64,000 nt of DNA from contig NC_082731.1 of assembly GCF_030144855.1 (NCBI RefSeq), forward strand, positions 26,908,001 through 26,972,000, written 5' to 3'. This stretch comes from Hypanus sabinus. Taxonomy: Eukaryota. Below are positions 31,478-45,326 of this stretch, in pieces. Under the pieces are notes generated by a model. It did no database searches and was not told the origin of the DNA. It saw nothing but the letters and a program-made list of their open reading frames with translations. Made by a program: the position numbers and the translations under genes. Each line of letters begins with the position of its first letter. The stretch's first letter is position 1.

Positions 31478-34012
31478 TATAATCTCTAAACAAATTAAAG
31501 AATTAGATAACATTAATGCAATCTCTCCAAATGTTGTTTCATTTAAGAGTAGAATTACAATTGCAGTATAATTTATCACTAACTTATCCTATTGAAGGAT
31601 ATTTGCTGAAATTGAAAAGTCAATTTTATTTCTTTGGGGATAAAAATAATAAGCTCTTAGCTTCTCAATTAAGAGCAGATAGAGCTAAAAGACAAATCTT
31701 AAAGTTTCGTAAAAATAATGGAGATATAGTAAGTAACCATGAAGACATTAATAATACCTTTCAAGATTTTTATTCTGATCTTTATAGATCTCAATATCCT
31801 GCAGATTCCTCTAAAATGAAGGCATTTTTACATAAGATTAAATTTCCACAAATTTCTTTTGAAGATCAACAGATGCTTGATGCTCTGATTACCAAACATG
31901 AAATTCAGAAAGCTATTTTATCAATGCAATCAGGTAAAGCGTCTGGACTTGATGGTTATTCAGTGGGATTTTACAAAAAATTTGAAAGATACTTTCTCCG
32001 TATCTTTTGGAAATATTTCCTGAATCCTTTGACAAGGGTAATTTAACTTCTTTTTTATGAAGCATATGTCTCCTTAATTCTTAAAAAAGATAAAGATCCG
32101 GTTGAATGTTCATCATATAGACCTATTTTGCTATTAAATGAGGATGCAAAAATTCTCTGTAAAATATTGGCTAATCGCTTGGAAAATATTTTAACTAAAA
32201 TTATTTCTATAGATCAAATGGGCTTTATTAAAGGCCATTATTCTTTCTCTAATGTTTGGAGATTGATGAACATTATATATTCATCGTTATCAAATCAACC
32301 TCAATGTTTTATCTCTCCTGATGCAGAAAAGGCATTTGCTAGAGTTGAGTGGCCATATTTGTTTAAAGTTTGACAAAAATTTGGTTTTGGTCATAATTTC
32401 AATAGATGGATTCAAATGATTTATAAGAATCGTTCATTACTAATAAATGTCGGTCTTCTTTATTCTCACTTTCTCATGGCACTAGACAGGGATGTCCATT
32501 ATGTCCTTTATTATTTAATCTTGAATTGGAGCCTTTAGCTGTTAGATTACGTGAAGCTAAAAATATTCATGGTATCTCTATCAATTGAAGATTTCTCCTT
32601 ATGCAGATAATCTTTTGGTTTTTATTTCAAACCTTGAGCAATCAATTCCTAATCTTTTGGAAACTCTGGTAAATTTTGGAAATTCTGGTAAATTTTCAGG
32701 ATATAAACTTAACTTGAATTGTTTCCATTAGATGTTCATGATAGTACATATAATGATATTCCTTTTAAAATTGTTAATACATTTAGATATTTAGGTATTA
32801 TAATTACTAAATATTATAAAGATCTCTATAAAGCAAATTTAGTTCCTTTAATGGACTCCATGAAAGAATTATTTTCTAGATGGAATCCACTTACTTTTTC
32901 TTTTATAGTCCATATTCATGCTGTGAACATGATGATTTTACCAAGATTTTTATATATTTTACAAAATATACCTATTCTTTAACTAAAATTTTTTTGATCA
33001 CATTGACTCTCTTATTTCTTCTTTTATTTGGAATAATAAAAGACCTAGAATTAATAAGTATCATTTACAAATATTTAAAAAAGATGGTGGAATTGCACTT
33101 CCAAATTTAAGACTGTATTATTGGGCTGTGAATATTAGACAATTATGTTTTTGGTTATACTGGCTTGATAAGAGCCAAAAACTATTATGGGTTGATTTGG
33201 AATTAAAAGCTGTTAAAAAATTTCATTTAACTTCAATTTTAGGAGCTCCATTACCTTTACAGCTCTTTAAAATTCCAAATTTAAATTTCTGTATGATTAT
33301 TAAACAATCCTTATGGATTTGGGTTCAGTTTCATTTTTCTTTTAATCTTGAACAATTTATCTAGTTTTTTATATTGAATTTTCTTATTTAAACCTTCAAC
33401 AACTGAACCCATTTTTCTTTTAAGGAAAAATAAAGGAATTTTTCAGATTTATTTTGTGATGGTAGATTGATGACTTTTGAGGAGTTAATTAATAAATTTT
33501 CTCTCACATACACATTTTTACACCAATATTTACCTAAGTTTCCATATTTACAAGAATCTGATTTGTTGGACACCATTTTGAAATTGAATCCCTTAGTGAA
33601 AGGTTCCATTAGCAGAATTTATAATTTATTTTTGTTACAAAAAGAGAACTTATCACGAAAGATTAACCAGGATTGGGAGAGAACTTAATATGACCTTTGT
33701 TAATGAAGATTGGCTTCGAGTTTTGAAAAACATAAATTTTTCTTCTGTATGTGCCAACCATTGTTTAATTCAGTTTAAAATTGTGCACCGTTATTACTTA
33801 ACAAAGAAGGCTATCTAAAATATTTCCTAGTATAGATAACCATTGTGATAGGTGTAAAACTGAAATAGCTACTTTGTCACATATGTTCTGGTGATGTTCG
33901 TCATTAAAAACGTTTTGGAAATCTTTATTTTCTACAATCTAAAGCTTTGAAAATTAATTTACAACCTAATAGATTGATTGTTCTATTTGGAATAGTTCTG
34001 CATCATATTCAG
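31478..34012 (+). mobile_element. L1 ORF2 fragment (RT and C-terminus), decayed
   Basis: GKASGLDGYSVGFYKKF, LLNEDAKILCKILANRL, DAEKAFARVEW, MILPRFLY; C-terminal CDRC. Confidence 0.85.
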
Positions 34013-34014
34013 GG

Positions 34015-35890
34015 TATCTCATCTCAATTGTGGTCTTCCTGACCGGAGCATCCAACAGCAGAGAGAGGTACAAAGGCCCAGGTACTGTAACTAATCTGTG
34101 AGTTACTACCTACAGCGAGAGTTGAGCCAACCCATGCTTGCCACTGTCTTGGATGGTCGCCCACTAGGTTCCGGGCAGATCCAGTGGATTTGCAGATGAG
34201 GATAGCGGATCATGTGGAAGACATTAGTTTCCACATTATTGATTCCCCACTTGTACCCCTGATACTTGAGTACCCTTGGCTATCCCAGCATAATTCTCCA
34301 TGGACTGGAGGGAGCGGAGAACATTGAAACAGAACATTGGTTTCACATTCTTCACACTAACATTATCTGTTCCATTTACTACCCTAATTCGAGTACCAAA
34401 TCCCCTCCTGGCATGGCCTCTCAATTGCTTGGTCCAGTCATTGTAAGAGGGTTTGTTTGGGGCATGGTGTTCCAAGACCCAGACTGTCCCATGAGAAATG
34501 ACCAAAAAGGGGGGCAGATGTCAGTGCGAAGTAACCCAAGACCTTCTGGTGACCCAGTCCTGCACTCCTGGATGGACAAACTGATTTCAGACAATGGGAC
34601 TGTATGATCCCTGTCACTGTCGATCCTGGATCCCACAAGAACTAGAGAGAGGGAATCTGTCATTCAAGAGAGGACTAAAGAAATGCCCGAACTTTCTGGG
34701 AAATTTGCAGCCAACCTTAAGGAACACAGCTACCATGTCTCGAGTAACTGAAAGACTCCATTATGCCCAGCCTTGAAGCCTATTTCCAGGAAGGAAAGAA
34801 CCCTCTGTAATGCCCTGCTGTCATCGCCTGAGGATTCAGATGGAGATTTGGACTCAGCTTTGGCTCGTTTCCATGAATGAGCTTTGTGAGCCTCGGGAGC
34901 AGACTCTGAGGTCGATTGAATCACCCCGGTGCTTAAAAATTCTCAAAGCTCATCTTCGAAAGAAAGTCCAAGGAGACAGCACACCCAAACCTGTTGAAAG
35001 CACTTCCAAGTGCAAGGACATGGAGGAGGTCTTCAGCAAGGGAAAGGCCTTTACTCTTCTGAAACACCGACCCCACAACAATGCAATAACTGCTGCTTGG
35101 TACTTGTCCCTTGCAGGGTTAATTAAACATACTCTTGAGCCCAGAGAAAAGTGTAGTGGAAGAATATACCAAAGAGACTCTTGCCACAGGCCTCATACGG
35201 CCCTCCACCTCACTCACTGGCACAGGCTTCTGCTTCTTACAAAATAAGGATGGGAGCCTGTGGCCTTGCATTGATTACAGAGGATTAAACTGCATATTGG
35301 CCAAAGATTGCTACCTGCTGCCTTTCATGGACTTCAAGATGCTCCAAGAGTGAGAGTATTCACAAATCTGGACCAATGGAGCGCGTACCATCTGGTACAT
35401 ATAAGAGAATGTGATGAGTGGAAGACTGCATTCAATACACCGATGGGGCACTAAGAGTACCTGGTTATGCCCTTCAGCCTCGTGAATGCTCCAATCATTA
35501 TCCATATTCTTGATAAGCATTCCTTCATCTACATTGATGATATCTTCATCTTTCCAAAGTCCATGGGGAAGAACGACGTTAACATCAGGGACATTTTAAA
35601 GAGGCTTCTGGAGTATGAAGTTGATGTTCTGTTGGAGAAGTCTGAGTTTCACGTGACGACTATTTCATTCTTGACGTTCATCATCTCCAATGGCCATCGC
35701 AAGGTGGAGCCTACCAAGACGTACCAAGACTCAGGCAGTCAGAGACTGGCTGCCACCATCCAGCATCAACCAAATCCAATGTTTCTTGGGGTTAGAAAAT
35801 TTCTACCAGAAGTTCATAAGCAACTCCAGTCGCTGCAGGTCTGCTAATGTTGCTCTAACCCTTCGCAGTGCGGATAGCTGGTGCAGCCCC
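34015..35890 (+). mobile_element. Chromovirus/sushi-like Gypsy internal fragment (protease linker and RT)
   Basis: YPWLSQHN, IRPSTS...[33 protein letters not shown]. Confidence 0.8.
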
Positions 35891-35899
35891 TTTAAGGAT

Positions 35900-36900
35900 T
35901 CGGGTCAGTCCCGCAAATTGGTAATCATATTGGATATTTCAATATTACAGTGGAGTAAAAGAAGTTACAGAGGCATGACAGTGGAGATGATTGCCAGAAT
36001 TGATTGGAAAAGAACACTGGCAGGGATGATGGCAGAGCAGCAATAGCTGGAAGCAATTCAGAAGGCACAGAATAAAAACATCCCTGAAAGAAAAAGGTAT
36101 TCTAAAGGCAATATGACACAGCCATGGCTAAGAAGGGAATTCAAGGCCAGTATAAAGCTAAAGGGAGGGCATATACCTGAGCAGAGATTGGGTCGAGGAT
36201 GAGGAAGATCTTAAGAAACAACAGAAGGCAACTAAAAAAGTCAGTGAGAAGGTAACGATGGAATATGAAAGTAAGCTCGCCAATAATATTAATGAGGATA
36301 CAAGTAGTTTCTTCAGATACATGAAGTGTAAAAGAGAGCTGAGGGGCCTTATCAGACCACTGGAGAAGGATGCTGGAAAGGCAGTAATGAGGGCCAATAA
36401 AATGGCAGATGAACTGAATGAATATATTTCATCAGTCTTCACTGTGGAAGACACGAGCAGTATGGTAGAAGTTCCAGGTGTCAAGGGCCATGAAGTTTGT
36501 GAAGCTACCATTACTAGAGAGAAGATTTTTGAGAAACTGAAAGGTCTGAAGGTAGGTAAGTCACCTGGACCAGATGGTGTACAACCCAGGGTTCTGAAAG
36601 AGGTGGTTGAATTGATTATAATCAATAATAATGATCATTATTAATAATAATAATGATCTTTCAAGTATCATTATATTCTGGAATGGTTCCAGAAAAGTGG
36701 TGAATTGCATATGTCACTTCACACTTCAAGAAGGGAGAGAAGCTAAAGAAAAGAAATTGTTACCCAGTTTGTCATTGGTGGAGGGGCAGATCGTTCTCAG
36801 GAAGTAGAGAGCCAAGAAAAAACTTGGACAGATTAGGAGAATGGGCAATTAAGTGGAAGATGGAGTACAATGTCAGGAAGTCATGCTCAATGGCAGAATT
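35900..36900 (+). mobile_element. CR1 ORF2 fragment
   Basis: EYESKLANNI, ELNEYISSVFT, KSPGPDGVQPRVLKE; AAT-rich insert at ~36618-36658. Confidence 0.8.
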
Positions 36901-36904
36901 AGTG

Positions 36905-37310
36905 ACTTAAAAAAATATTAAAAAAATTAATCAAAATAATATAATAAATAAATATATAAATAATATCGTGAGCTTCAGCTGTAAAGTCCTTGACAGTGAG
37001 TCCATAGGTTGTGAAGCAGACTTAATGGACTACATGGCCTAATTCTACTCCTACATCTTATGGTCTTATGGAACCAGTTCAGTGTTGGGGTGAGTGAAGT
37101 TATTGACCCTGCTTCCAGAGCATGATGGTTGTGTGGTAATAACTGTTCCTGAACCTCATGGTCTGACACAAGGCTTCTGTACCTTCTTCCTGATGGCCAC
37201 AGTGCGAAGCGAACATGTCCTGGATGGTGGATGTGCTCAATGATGGATGTTGCCTTCCTGCAACAAACTCCTTGTAGATGTGCTCAATTGTGTGGAGAGC
37301 TGTTAGGACA
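36905..37310 (-). mobile_element. Rex1/Babar 3' fragment
   Basis: Minus strand HIYKEF...SIIEH-like and TMRFRNSYY, typical of the Rex1 RT C-terminus. Confidence 0.6.
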
Positions 37311-38177
37311 TATTCTGGAGTTAGGTTATATAGCAAATACTAATTTCAACAACAGCCAATCTTCATACCTGAATGTGGATTGTAGATTCAGTTTAAAATG
37401 CACCCATAAAGATAGTGTTCTTGGAGCTGCAGAATGGAGTTGTTTGCAAACAAAGAAACTCACCATTCGACCCCTGCAGGACTGAGTGGACTTGGAATGG
37501 GCTGGGAGTCAACGACGCCTGGGGGGAAATCGATGGAGGGCTAATGGAAAGGAAACCGTGATACCTGCATTTGCATGATGTGACCCAGATTCAGTGGGGA
37601 TTAACATTCTGTAACATCCTGGGAAAGGTTTCACTGCTAATGTAATGGCCACTCTGTAGCAGCAGTGTTTGGGTTATGGCTAGAGATAAGGGGGACTTTG
37701 GAATTTGCGCAGTCCAATGAAGGGAGTGTTTTTTACTTCTTGTGTGCCTGACAGCGAGTGGTTCAAGGTCTTTTGTTCAGTGGAAGATGGAGAGAGAAGA
37801 TGCCAGAATGAAGAGGTTCTAGACTGCAAGACTGAGAGGACTTGGAATGGGCTGGGAGTCGACCACGCCTGGGGGGAATTCGATGGAGGATTAATGGACA
37901 GGAAGCCGTAAGCTCCAATGTGCACATTAGACTGTTTCATTAAAATGGGCCCTTTTCTTTTTGTTATTCTTACTAACCCTCTAGTCAAATTAAAAATTGT
38001 AAAGCTAAATCATTTAATTGTATATGGTGTACTGTCTGTTATTTTGTGATACTGAGTTGTAACAGGGGAACACATCACGCAGTATCCACACAAACAAGAG
38101 GTTTTGCACCTCAGATTTCACATATTTGGCAGGGCCAGAGACTGCCTTCCTGGACTAATGCCTCCGGCTGAACCTGA

Positions 38178-38195
38178 GGGGGTATCGTTCGGGAT
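38178..38195 (+). promoter_or_regulatory. Degenerate primer-binding site, tRNA-Pro-like
   Basis: GGGGGTATCGTTCGGGAT versus TGGGGGCTCGTCCGGGAT (complement of the vertebrate tRNA-Pro 3' end), immediately after the 5' LTR. Confidence 0.6.
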
Positions 38196-38268
38196 TGACT
38201 CCGTTGGACGCTGTGTGAGCATTGAACCTGAGCATTGAACCAGTGGACTGTGTGTTTAAGTGTGTGCT

Positions 38269-39400
38269 AGTATGGATGCTGCCGGTGTGGAGCGGTGGTG
38301 TTCATCCTCGGGGTTTCTGGTAACTAATGCATGCATGTTGAGTGGGGTAGATATTCGTAATCCTGATGAATTGTCGATTCCACTTTTAAGTACTGTTAAC
38401 GTGGTAGGTAAAGTTACAATTATGGGGCAGAGATTTGATAAAATGGCAGGCACAGACTTTGTCTTAGTTCAGATTAGCGCTGACATAATGACAGTAGAAC
38501 TGCCCGGTACTATTGGGGCCCCAGGAGAGGGGGGTGGGGTGTGCACTGTCCACACTTTCCGGGGGAGGAGAGTGGAGGTGAGCGGGCCGAAGCACATGTC
38601 GTGTCTCCTGTAGCTGGGGAGGAGACTTCTGAGACAGGGTTCTTTCGTTTCTGCTTTGGGAGGCGAAGGAGCGGTCTGATTTGGAATGTCCAATGTGTCC
38701 TTGTCCTCCAGGGAAGCGTGAGAATTCTGAGTTAGTATCCGCCCTTACCTCTCTGGTGAATAAATGGAAAAATGCCCAGGTCCAAAGCCCCAGCTATGGT
38801 AGGCTCCGCCTATTCTCAGGAACGAAGCCCACCCCTAAAGGGGAAGAGAAGTATGAGACTTGGGCAAGGCAGACCTCTCAGTTGTTCGATGAGTGGCAGT
38901 GCTCCGATGATGTAAAACAACAGCGATTGGTTGAAAGTTTGAGGGGGCGGGTGGCTGACATTGTGAGAGCTGTAAAGTCCCAGTACCCCCTTGCCACTAC
39001 TGCCGCTTACATGCGAGCACTGGAAAATGCACTTGGCATGACAGGAAACCCAATGGAGCTCATGACGGTGTTTCAGAACATGCGTCAGGAGAAGGGGGAG
39101 AAGCATTCTGCCTACCTCTTTCGGCTAGACAGGCAGCTGAATTGCTTGCAGTGCAGAGGGGCCATTCAAGCGGCTGAGGTGGATCAGTTAAGAGTGGACC
39201 AGATAGCAAAGGACGCCCTGTCCCAGGACCTGATCGCTTGATGTCTCCGACTATCTCGTAAGACGCAACCCCCCTTCCCTTGTTTGTTGAGCTGATCAGA
39301 GAAATACAAGAGGAGGAGAATGTGTCAGAGGCACAGGAGGCCTCCATCAGCAGGGTAGAGTCCTCGGTAGTGGTCCCTGTGGTGAAGTGACCATGGATAG
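38269..39400 (+). pseudogene. PNMA/MOAP1-like Gag capsid, frameshifted
   Basis: MDAAGVERWC...VELPGTIGAPGEGG; RLRLFSGTKPTPKGEEKYETW...RLVESLRG...QEKGEKHSAYLFRL; LIREIQEEE. Confidence 0.85.
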
Positions 39401-40844
39401 CCTGCCCCATGGCTGTGTGTAGACTATAGGACCCTGAACAGGTGTACCGACCCTGACCAGTATACGGTCCCAAGGATCGAAGAAGCACTGGCCTGTCTGA
39501 GTGGTGCTAAGTGGGTCAGTGTGCTGGACTTGAGGAGTGGATATTACCAGATCCCCATGAGCGAGGCTGACAAAGAGAAGACGGCATTTCTATGTCCACT
39601 GGGATTCTTCCAGTTCGAAAAGATGCCAGCAGAGAGGGCTCGGGGGGTGTCCTGTATCAAAGTCAGGGTACCGGGTTGAAACCTGTTGCGTTAGTCAGCC
39701 GGAGTCTGTCACCCCCAGGGAAAAACTATCCCATGCACAAGTTGGAATTTCTGGCATTGAAATGGGCTGTGGTGGATAATTTGAGTGACTACCTCTTTGG
39801 TGCCAAGTTTGAGGTGAAGACGGACAACAATTCCCTAACTTATTCCTGACCTTGGCAACATTGGATGCCACAGGCCGTCGTTGGTTGGTGGCGTTGTCTG
39901 CCTCTGATTTCAGTCTGAAGTACCGGCTGGGAAGTAGGAATATTGATGATGATGCTTTGTCCCGACGTGCACATGAAGGGCTGGACAGGGACTAGGAGTG
40001 GCAGAGCGTTCCTGCCCTGGGAGTGAAAGCCATGTGCCAGTTTGCCATTACCCTGAAGGCAGATGGAAGGCAAGGACAGAATCAAGCGGTAGATTAATTG
40101 GGAGATCTGATGATGCCATTCCACAAGTTTACTGCAACCTGACCGCTCTGAAGACAAACCGGTTACTGGAATTGAGTCCGGGGGAAATGGCAGGTGCTCA
40201 GCGAGATGACCTGGGCATCGGTACCATTTGGTCAGCTTTCAAAAAGGATGATTCGGCCCAGGCGGAGAAGACGAAAGACGTTGCACTGCCTCCATTTCTG
40301 AGAGAATGGCCTAGATTGGAGTTGAGGAACTAGATCATATACCAGGTCACGTCACCTCCGGAATGACCTTGGTGTACACAGTTGGTTCTGCCTGAGAAGT
40401 ATCGGAGGAAGGTGTTGAAGTCACTTCATAATGATTTTGGACATTTGTGGGTTGAAAAGACCTATGGATTGCTCAGAGATCAGTTTTACAGGCCCCAAAT
40501 GAAGCCGGAGGTTGAAGAAAATTCCAATTCATGCATTCAATGCATACAGAGGAAGACACTGCCTACAAGGGCAGCTACCTTGTCCCAATTGCAGATTGCG
40601 GGGCCCCTTGACCTGGTGTGTATGGATTTCCTGTCAATAGAGCAAGATGCCAGCAACATGGTGAATGTCTTAGTCATCATGGATCACTACATCAGATATG
40701 CGCAGGCTTTCCCTACCAAGGATCAGAGGGTGTCCACAGTGGCCAAAGTGTTTTGGAAAGGTTTTTCATTTATTACGGCCTCCCCCGGCGGATACATAGT
40801 GATCAGGGATGGGATTTCGACAGGAGGCTCATCCATGGACCAGC

Positions 40845-41633
40845 TGGAAAAATGGGCCGAAAGGGGCAGATGGAGTTTAATACAGACAAGTGTGAGGTAT
40901 TGCACTTTGGAAGGAAAAATCAAGGTAGAACATACAAGGTAAATGGTAGGGCACTGAAGAGTGCAGTAGAACAGAGGGATCTAGGAATACAGATACAAAA
41001 TTCCCCAAAAGTGGCATCACAGGTAGATAGGGTAGCAAAGAGAGCTTTTGGTACATTAGCCTTTATAAATCAAAGTATTGAGTACAAGAGTTGGAATGTT
41101 ATGGTGATGTTGTATAACACAATGCAGGAAGGATATTAATAAGGTTGAAAGAGTGCAGAGAAGGATTACAAGGATGTTTCCAGGACTTCAGAAACTGAGT
41201 TACAGAGAAAGGTTGAATCGGTTAGGACTTTGTTCCCTGGAGCGCAGAAGAATGAGGGGAGACTTGATAGAGGTATATAAAATTATGACAGGTATAGATA
41301 GAATGAATTCAAGCAGGCTTTTTACACTGAGGCTAGAGGAGAAAAAAAAACAAATGACATGGGTTAAGGGTGAAGTGGGAGAAGTTTAAAGGGAACATGG
41401 GGAGCTTCCTCCACTCCGAGAGTGGTGGGAGTGTGGAATGAGCTGCCAGATCAAGTTGTAAATGCGGGCTCACTTTTAACATTTAAGAAAGACTTGGACA
41501 GGTACATGGCCGAGAGGTGTATGGAGTGGTATGGTCCAGGTGCAGGTCATTGGGACGAGGCAGAAAAATTGTTCAGCACAGCCAAGAAGGGCTAAAAAGG
41601 TCTGCTTCTGTGCTGTAATGTTCTATGGTTCAA
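40845..41633 (+). mobile_element. CR1 3' fragment inserted in the Gypsy integrase
   Basis: MEFNTDKCEVLHFG, RRRMRGDLIEVYKIM; integrase RRLIH/ELLSMLGV rejoins across it. Confidence 0.85.
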
Positions 41634-41949
41634 TGAGTTACTGAGCATGCTAGGAGTCACAAAGTCCTACTCCTTATCACCCGCAGGGTGATCTCCAGCC
41701 TCAGAGGTTTAATTGGACCTTGCTAGACATGCTCAGAACTTTGGAGGTCAGAAGAAGAACAGGTAGAATCAACATATTGGACATCTGGCCCACTACTACA
41801 ACAGTATCTGAAATGAAGCTACTGGGCACTCGCTATAGTATCTGATGTTTGCGCACGAGGCAAGGTTGCTCATTGACCTTTGTTTTGGGATGGAGAGGGA
41901 CAACTGATCTCCGAAGTCTTATCTGAAGTATGTGTCTGACATGAGAAGG

Positions 41950-44004
41950 TGTTACACGAGCAAGGTGGTGGACGAACCCAAGTGCAGAACACGGGCACAG
42001 AGGCAGAGTTGGGAGGCATTCTTGATGTAACAAGCATGGAACAATGAAACAAGGTAACTTATGCCAGAGTGAACAGTGAACTGGCAGCTCCTTGTTGTGA
42101 GTATTAGGCAGACCGCTGCAGGATTGATAACACTTTCAACCTTGAATGGTCCCAGGAAGCGAGGGGCGAGTTTCCTATGCTCGTTCTTGAGCGGGATGTC
42201 CTTGGAGGAAAGCCACACCATCTGCCCCGGTTAGTACTCAGGCACCGGAGTCTGGTGTTGGTCGGCCGTCTTCTTATTGCGTTTTGCTGATCTGAGAAGG
42301 GCCGTGCGTGTCTGCTCCAAAATGTTCTGGCACCAATCGATATGGTCCTGAACCGACGGTACTGCAATCTCCTCTTCTTGTGCAGGAACAGCGGGGGTTA
42401 ACACCCCAGGGAACACTCGAATGGAGATCTTCCAATGGCAGAGCTCACCACAGAGTTGAGGGCGTACTCAACCCACAGGAGGTGGTCGCTCCAGGTCGAC
42501 GGGTTGTTTGCCGTTACAAAACATAGCGTCGCCTGTCCGTTCATCTGGGGGTGGAAGCAGGATGACAGGCTGACTGATGCACCTAAGGCTTGACAGAAGG
42601 CCTTCCGTACCTGTGAGATGAACTGGGGACCACGATCGGAGACGATATCTGTGGGGATTCCATGGGGGCGGAAGACGTGGCAGACGAGAAGATCAGCAGT
42701 TAGTTGAGAAGAAGAGAGTTTAGGGAGGGCTACGAAGCGCACCGCCCTGGAGAACCGGTCTACCACAGTGAGTACGGTGGTGTTCCCATGTGAAGGGGGT
42801 AGACCGGTGACGGAGTCCAGGGTGATGTGTGACCAGGGACAACCAGGGACAGATAGACGACAAAGTCACCCTGCAGGTGGCCGATGAGAGGCTTTTTCCC
42901 TGGGCACAGATGGAAATGCCGAGACATGGGAACGGGTATCCGCCTCCGTGGACGGTCAACAGAAGTGTCTTTTCAGGAGCGCTAGGGTCCAATCATTTCC
43001 GGGATGGCAGGCGAACCGAGATGTGTGCCCCCATTGGAGAGCCTGAGGCCTGACGGAAACGGGCACCTACAGGCGATCGCCGGGGTCGGGGTCATCCCGT
43101 TGGGCTTCTTTTACTTTGGACTCGATCTCTCAAGTGACGGTGGCGACCACGTAGAATGGTGGGAGGATAGTCCCTGGACTGAAAGTGTCCTCCTTGGAGT
43201 TGTATTGGCGGGACAGCGCGTCCATCTTCCCGTTCTTGGACCCCAGACTGTCTGGGACGGAAAACTTGAACCATCCAAAAAATAACGCCAACAGGCCTGG
43301 GTCTGGATTTCAAATGTTTGGCGGTCTGAATATACCCCAGGTTTTTATGATCAGTCCATACTACAAACTGTTGTTCTGCCCCCTCCAGCCAGTGCCTCTA
43401 TTCTTCCAATGCTAGTTTGACCAACAGGAGTTCCCGATTTCCCACGTCGTAATTCCGCTCGGTGGGGGACAGTCAACGAGAGTAGAAGGTACAGGGGTGA
43501 AGCTTTTCATCCAAACTTGATCGTTGGGACAGGAATGCTCCTATCCCAGAGTCAGAGGCATCCACCTCAACAATGAATTGACCGGCTGGGGGGATGGACC
43601 AGGATGGGAGCAGTGGTGAAACACCTCTTCAGGTCAGTGAAAACTGAGTCAGCTTCGGAGTCTCAACAGAATGGGATAGTGGGTGAGGTAAGCCGGAACT
43701 CGGGCACGGAGGCAGAGTCAGGAGGCATTCTTGATGTAACGAGAGTGGAATCGGTATCTAGGAGCAATGCGAGACTTAGAACTGGCAGTCCTTTGAGACA
43801 TGAAACAGGGTTACTCACACCAGAATCAACCACAAACCAGCAGCTCCTTGTTGTGATCACACTGTTTTTATCTGCAATTGCTGATGGAAAGCAAGTGTTT
43901 GTAGTTAGTGGAACCTGGCAAGGATTGGAAACTAAACAAGGTGATTGAGGCCCAATTCCTGAGGTAACTAGCCAAGTGGGCGATTGTCAGAAGGGACCAT
44001 GACA
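41950..44004 (-). mobile_element. Internally deleted chromovirus-like LTR element (partial LTRs, RH-IN), nested
   Basis: TG...CA termini; TSD GAAGG at 41945-41949 and 44005-44009. [26 protein letters not shown]. Repeated LTR segment at ~41993-42105 and ~43702-43856. Confidence 0.88.
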
Positions 44005-45326
44005 GAAGGGAGCTGAAAAGGGCTTATGAATTATTAGCTGGGGTTCTGGATGCCAAGCAGAATCAAGGAAATAAGAGGAGGTATCATCAAAAGGTTAGGA
44101 TCTCCCAACTCATGCCGGGAGATCGAGCCCTTACAAAGAATTTGGGGCTACTGTAGTGGAGAGACAGATGCCAAATGTCCCAGTTTTCCAGGTGAAACCA
44201 GAGGATGGGAATGGTCAAGATTCTCCATTGGAACCACCCTGAGTCCCTGGGATAAGAGGTGCGGGTTGACCCAGAGCCCAACCCGGAGCCTACACATAGT
44301 AAGAGGACTCTGTGGTATCGCCGGGCGACTCAAAGGCCAACAACAGGAGAGATTAGACTGGCCCCCACCCCTAATTGGGGTACAGACTTGGAGGATGAGG
44401 AAATAGGGGTGTGGTATATGCCGCATTTTCTAACTCCCCACTGATTGAAGAAGTGATTCCCAACCCTTCTCCCATTAAGTCAGGTGAAATCTGGGGGGAG
44501 GGTCTATCCGTGGACAGCTGGAGGTTGAGTGGGACCCCACAAGGAATGAAGTGGGGCTCGGCCAAGGGACAGAGGAGTCCGAGTTGCAGGAGGGCACGAG
44601 TAATAGACCGCGGAAGGCCTCTCCAGGTAGACCAGAAGTACCCCCAGTACTGAAGAGGTAGGTGAGGGGGTTCAGAGGTCTTAAAGAATCAGGAGACCTC
44701 TGGATAGGCTGGCCTATGTAGCACCAGGGAGCAGAGCGGTGTCCCTACCGCTTTGGGGAGCTGTGTCACTGCCTTTTGCAGCCCGGTTGGACTTTGTGTT
44801 TTGCAGGAAGGAAATGAATAAATTTGGTGGGGGGAGTCTGTAACATCCTGGGAAAGGTTTCACTGCTAAAGTTATGGTTGTTCTGTAGCAGCAGTGTTTG
44901 GGCTATGACTAGAGTTAACGGCTTTGGAATGTGCGGTGTCCATTGAAGGGAGTGTTTTCTCTCGTGCCTGAGAGCGACTGGTTTGAGGTCTTTTGTTCAG
45001 GGAAAGATGGAGAGAGAAGATGCCAAAATGAAGAGGTTGTAGACTGCAGGATGAAGTGGACTTGGAATGGGGCCGGGAGTCGATGATGCCCGGGGGAAAT
45101 CAGTGGAGGACTGATGGACAGGAACCGTGAGCTCCAATGTGCTCATTAGACTGTTACATTAAAATGGGCCCTTTTCCTTTTCTTTTCCTTTACTAACCCT
45201 CTAGTCAATTTAAAAATTGTAAAGCTAAATTGTTTAATTATATACGGTGTACTGTCTTTTATTTCTTGATATTGATTGGTAACAGAGGAACACATCACGC
45301 AGCATCCACAAAAACAAGAGGTTTTG

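Noticed and set aside
36618-36658. AAT-rich insert in a CR1 ORF2
   Set aside because: Simple-repeat expansion or filler DNA; no structure beyond that.
37570-37577. Octamer ATTTGCAT
   Set aside because: Single 8-mer with no Ig V leader, snRNA PSE or gene nearby; expected by chance.
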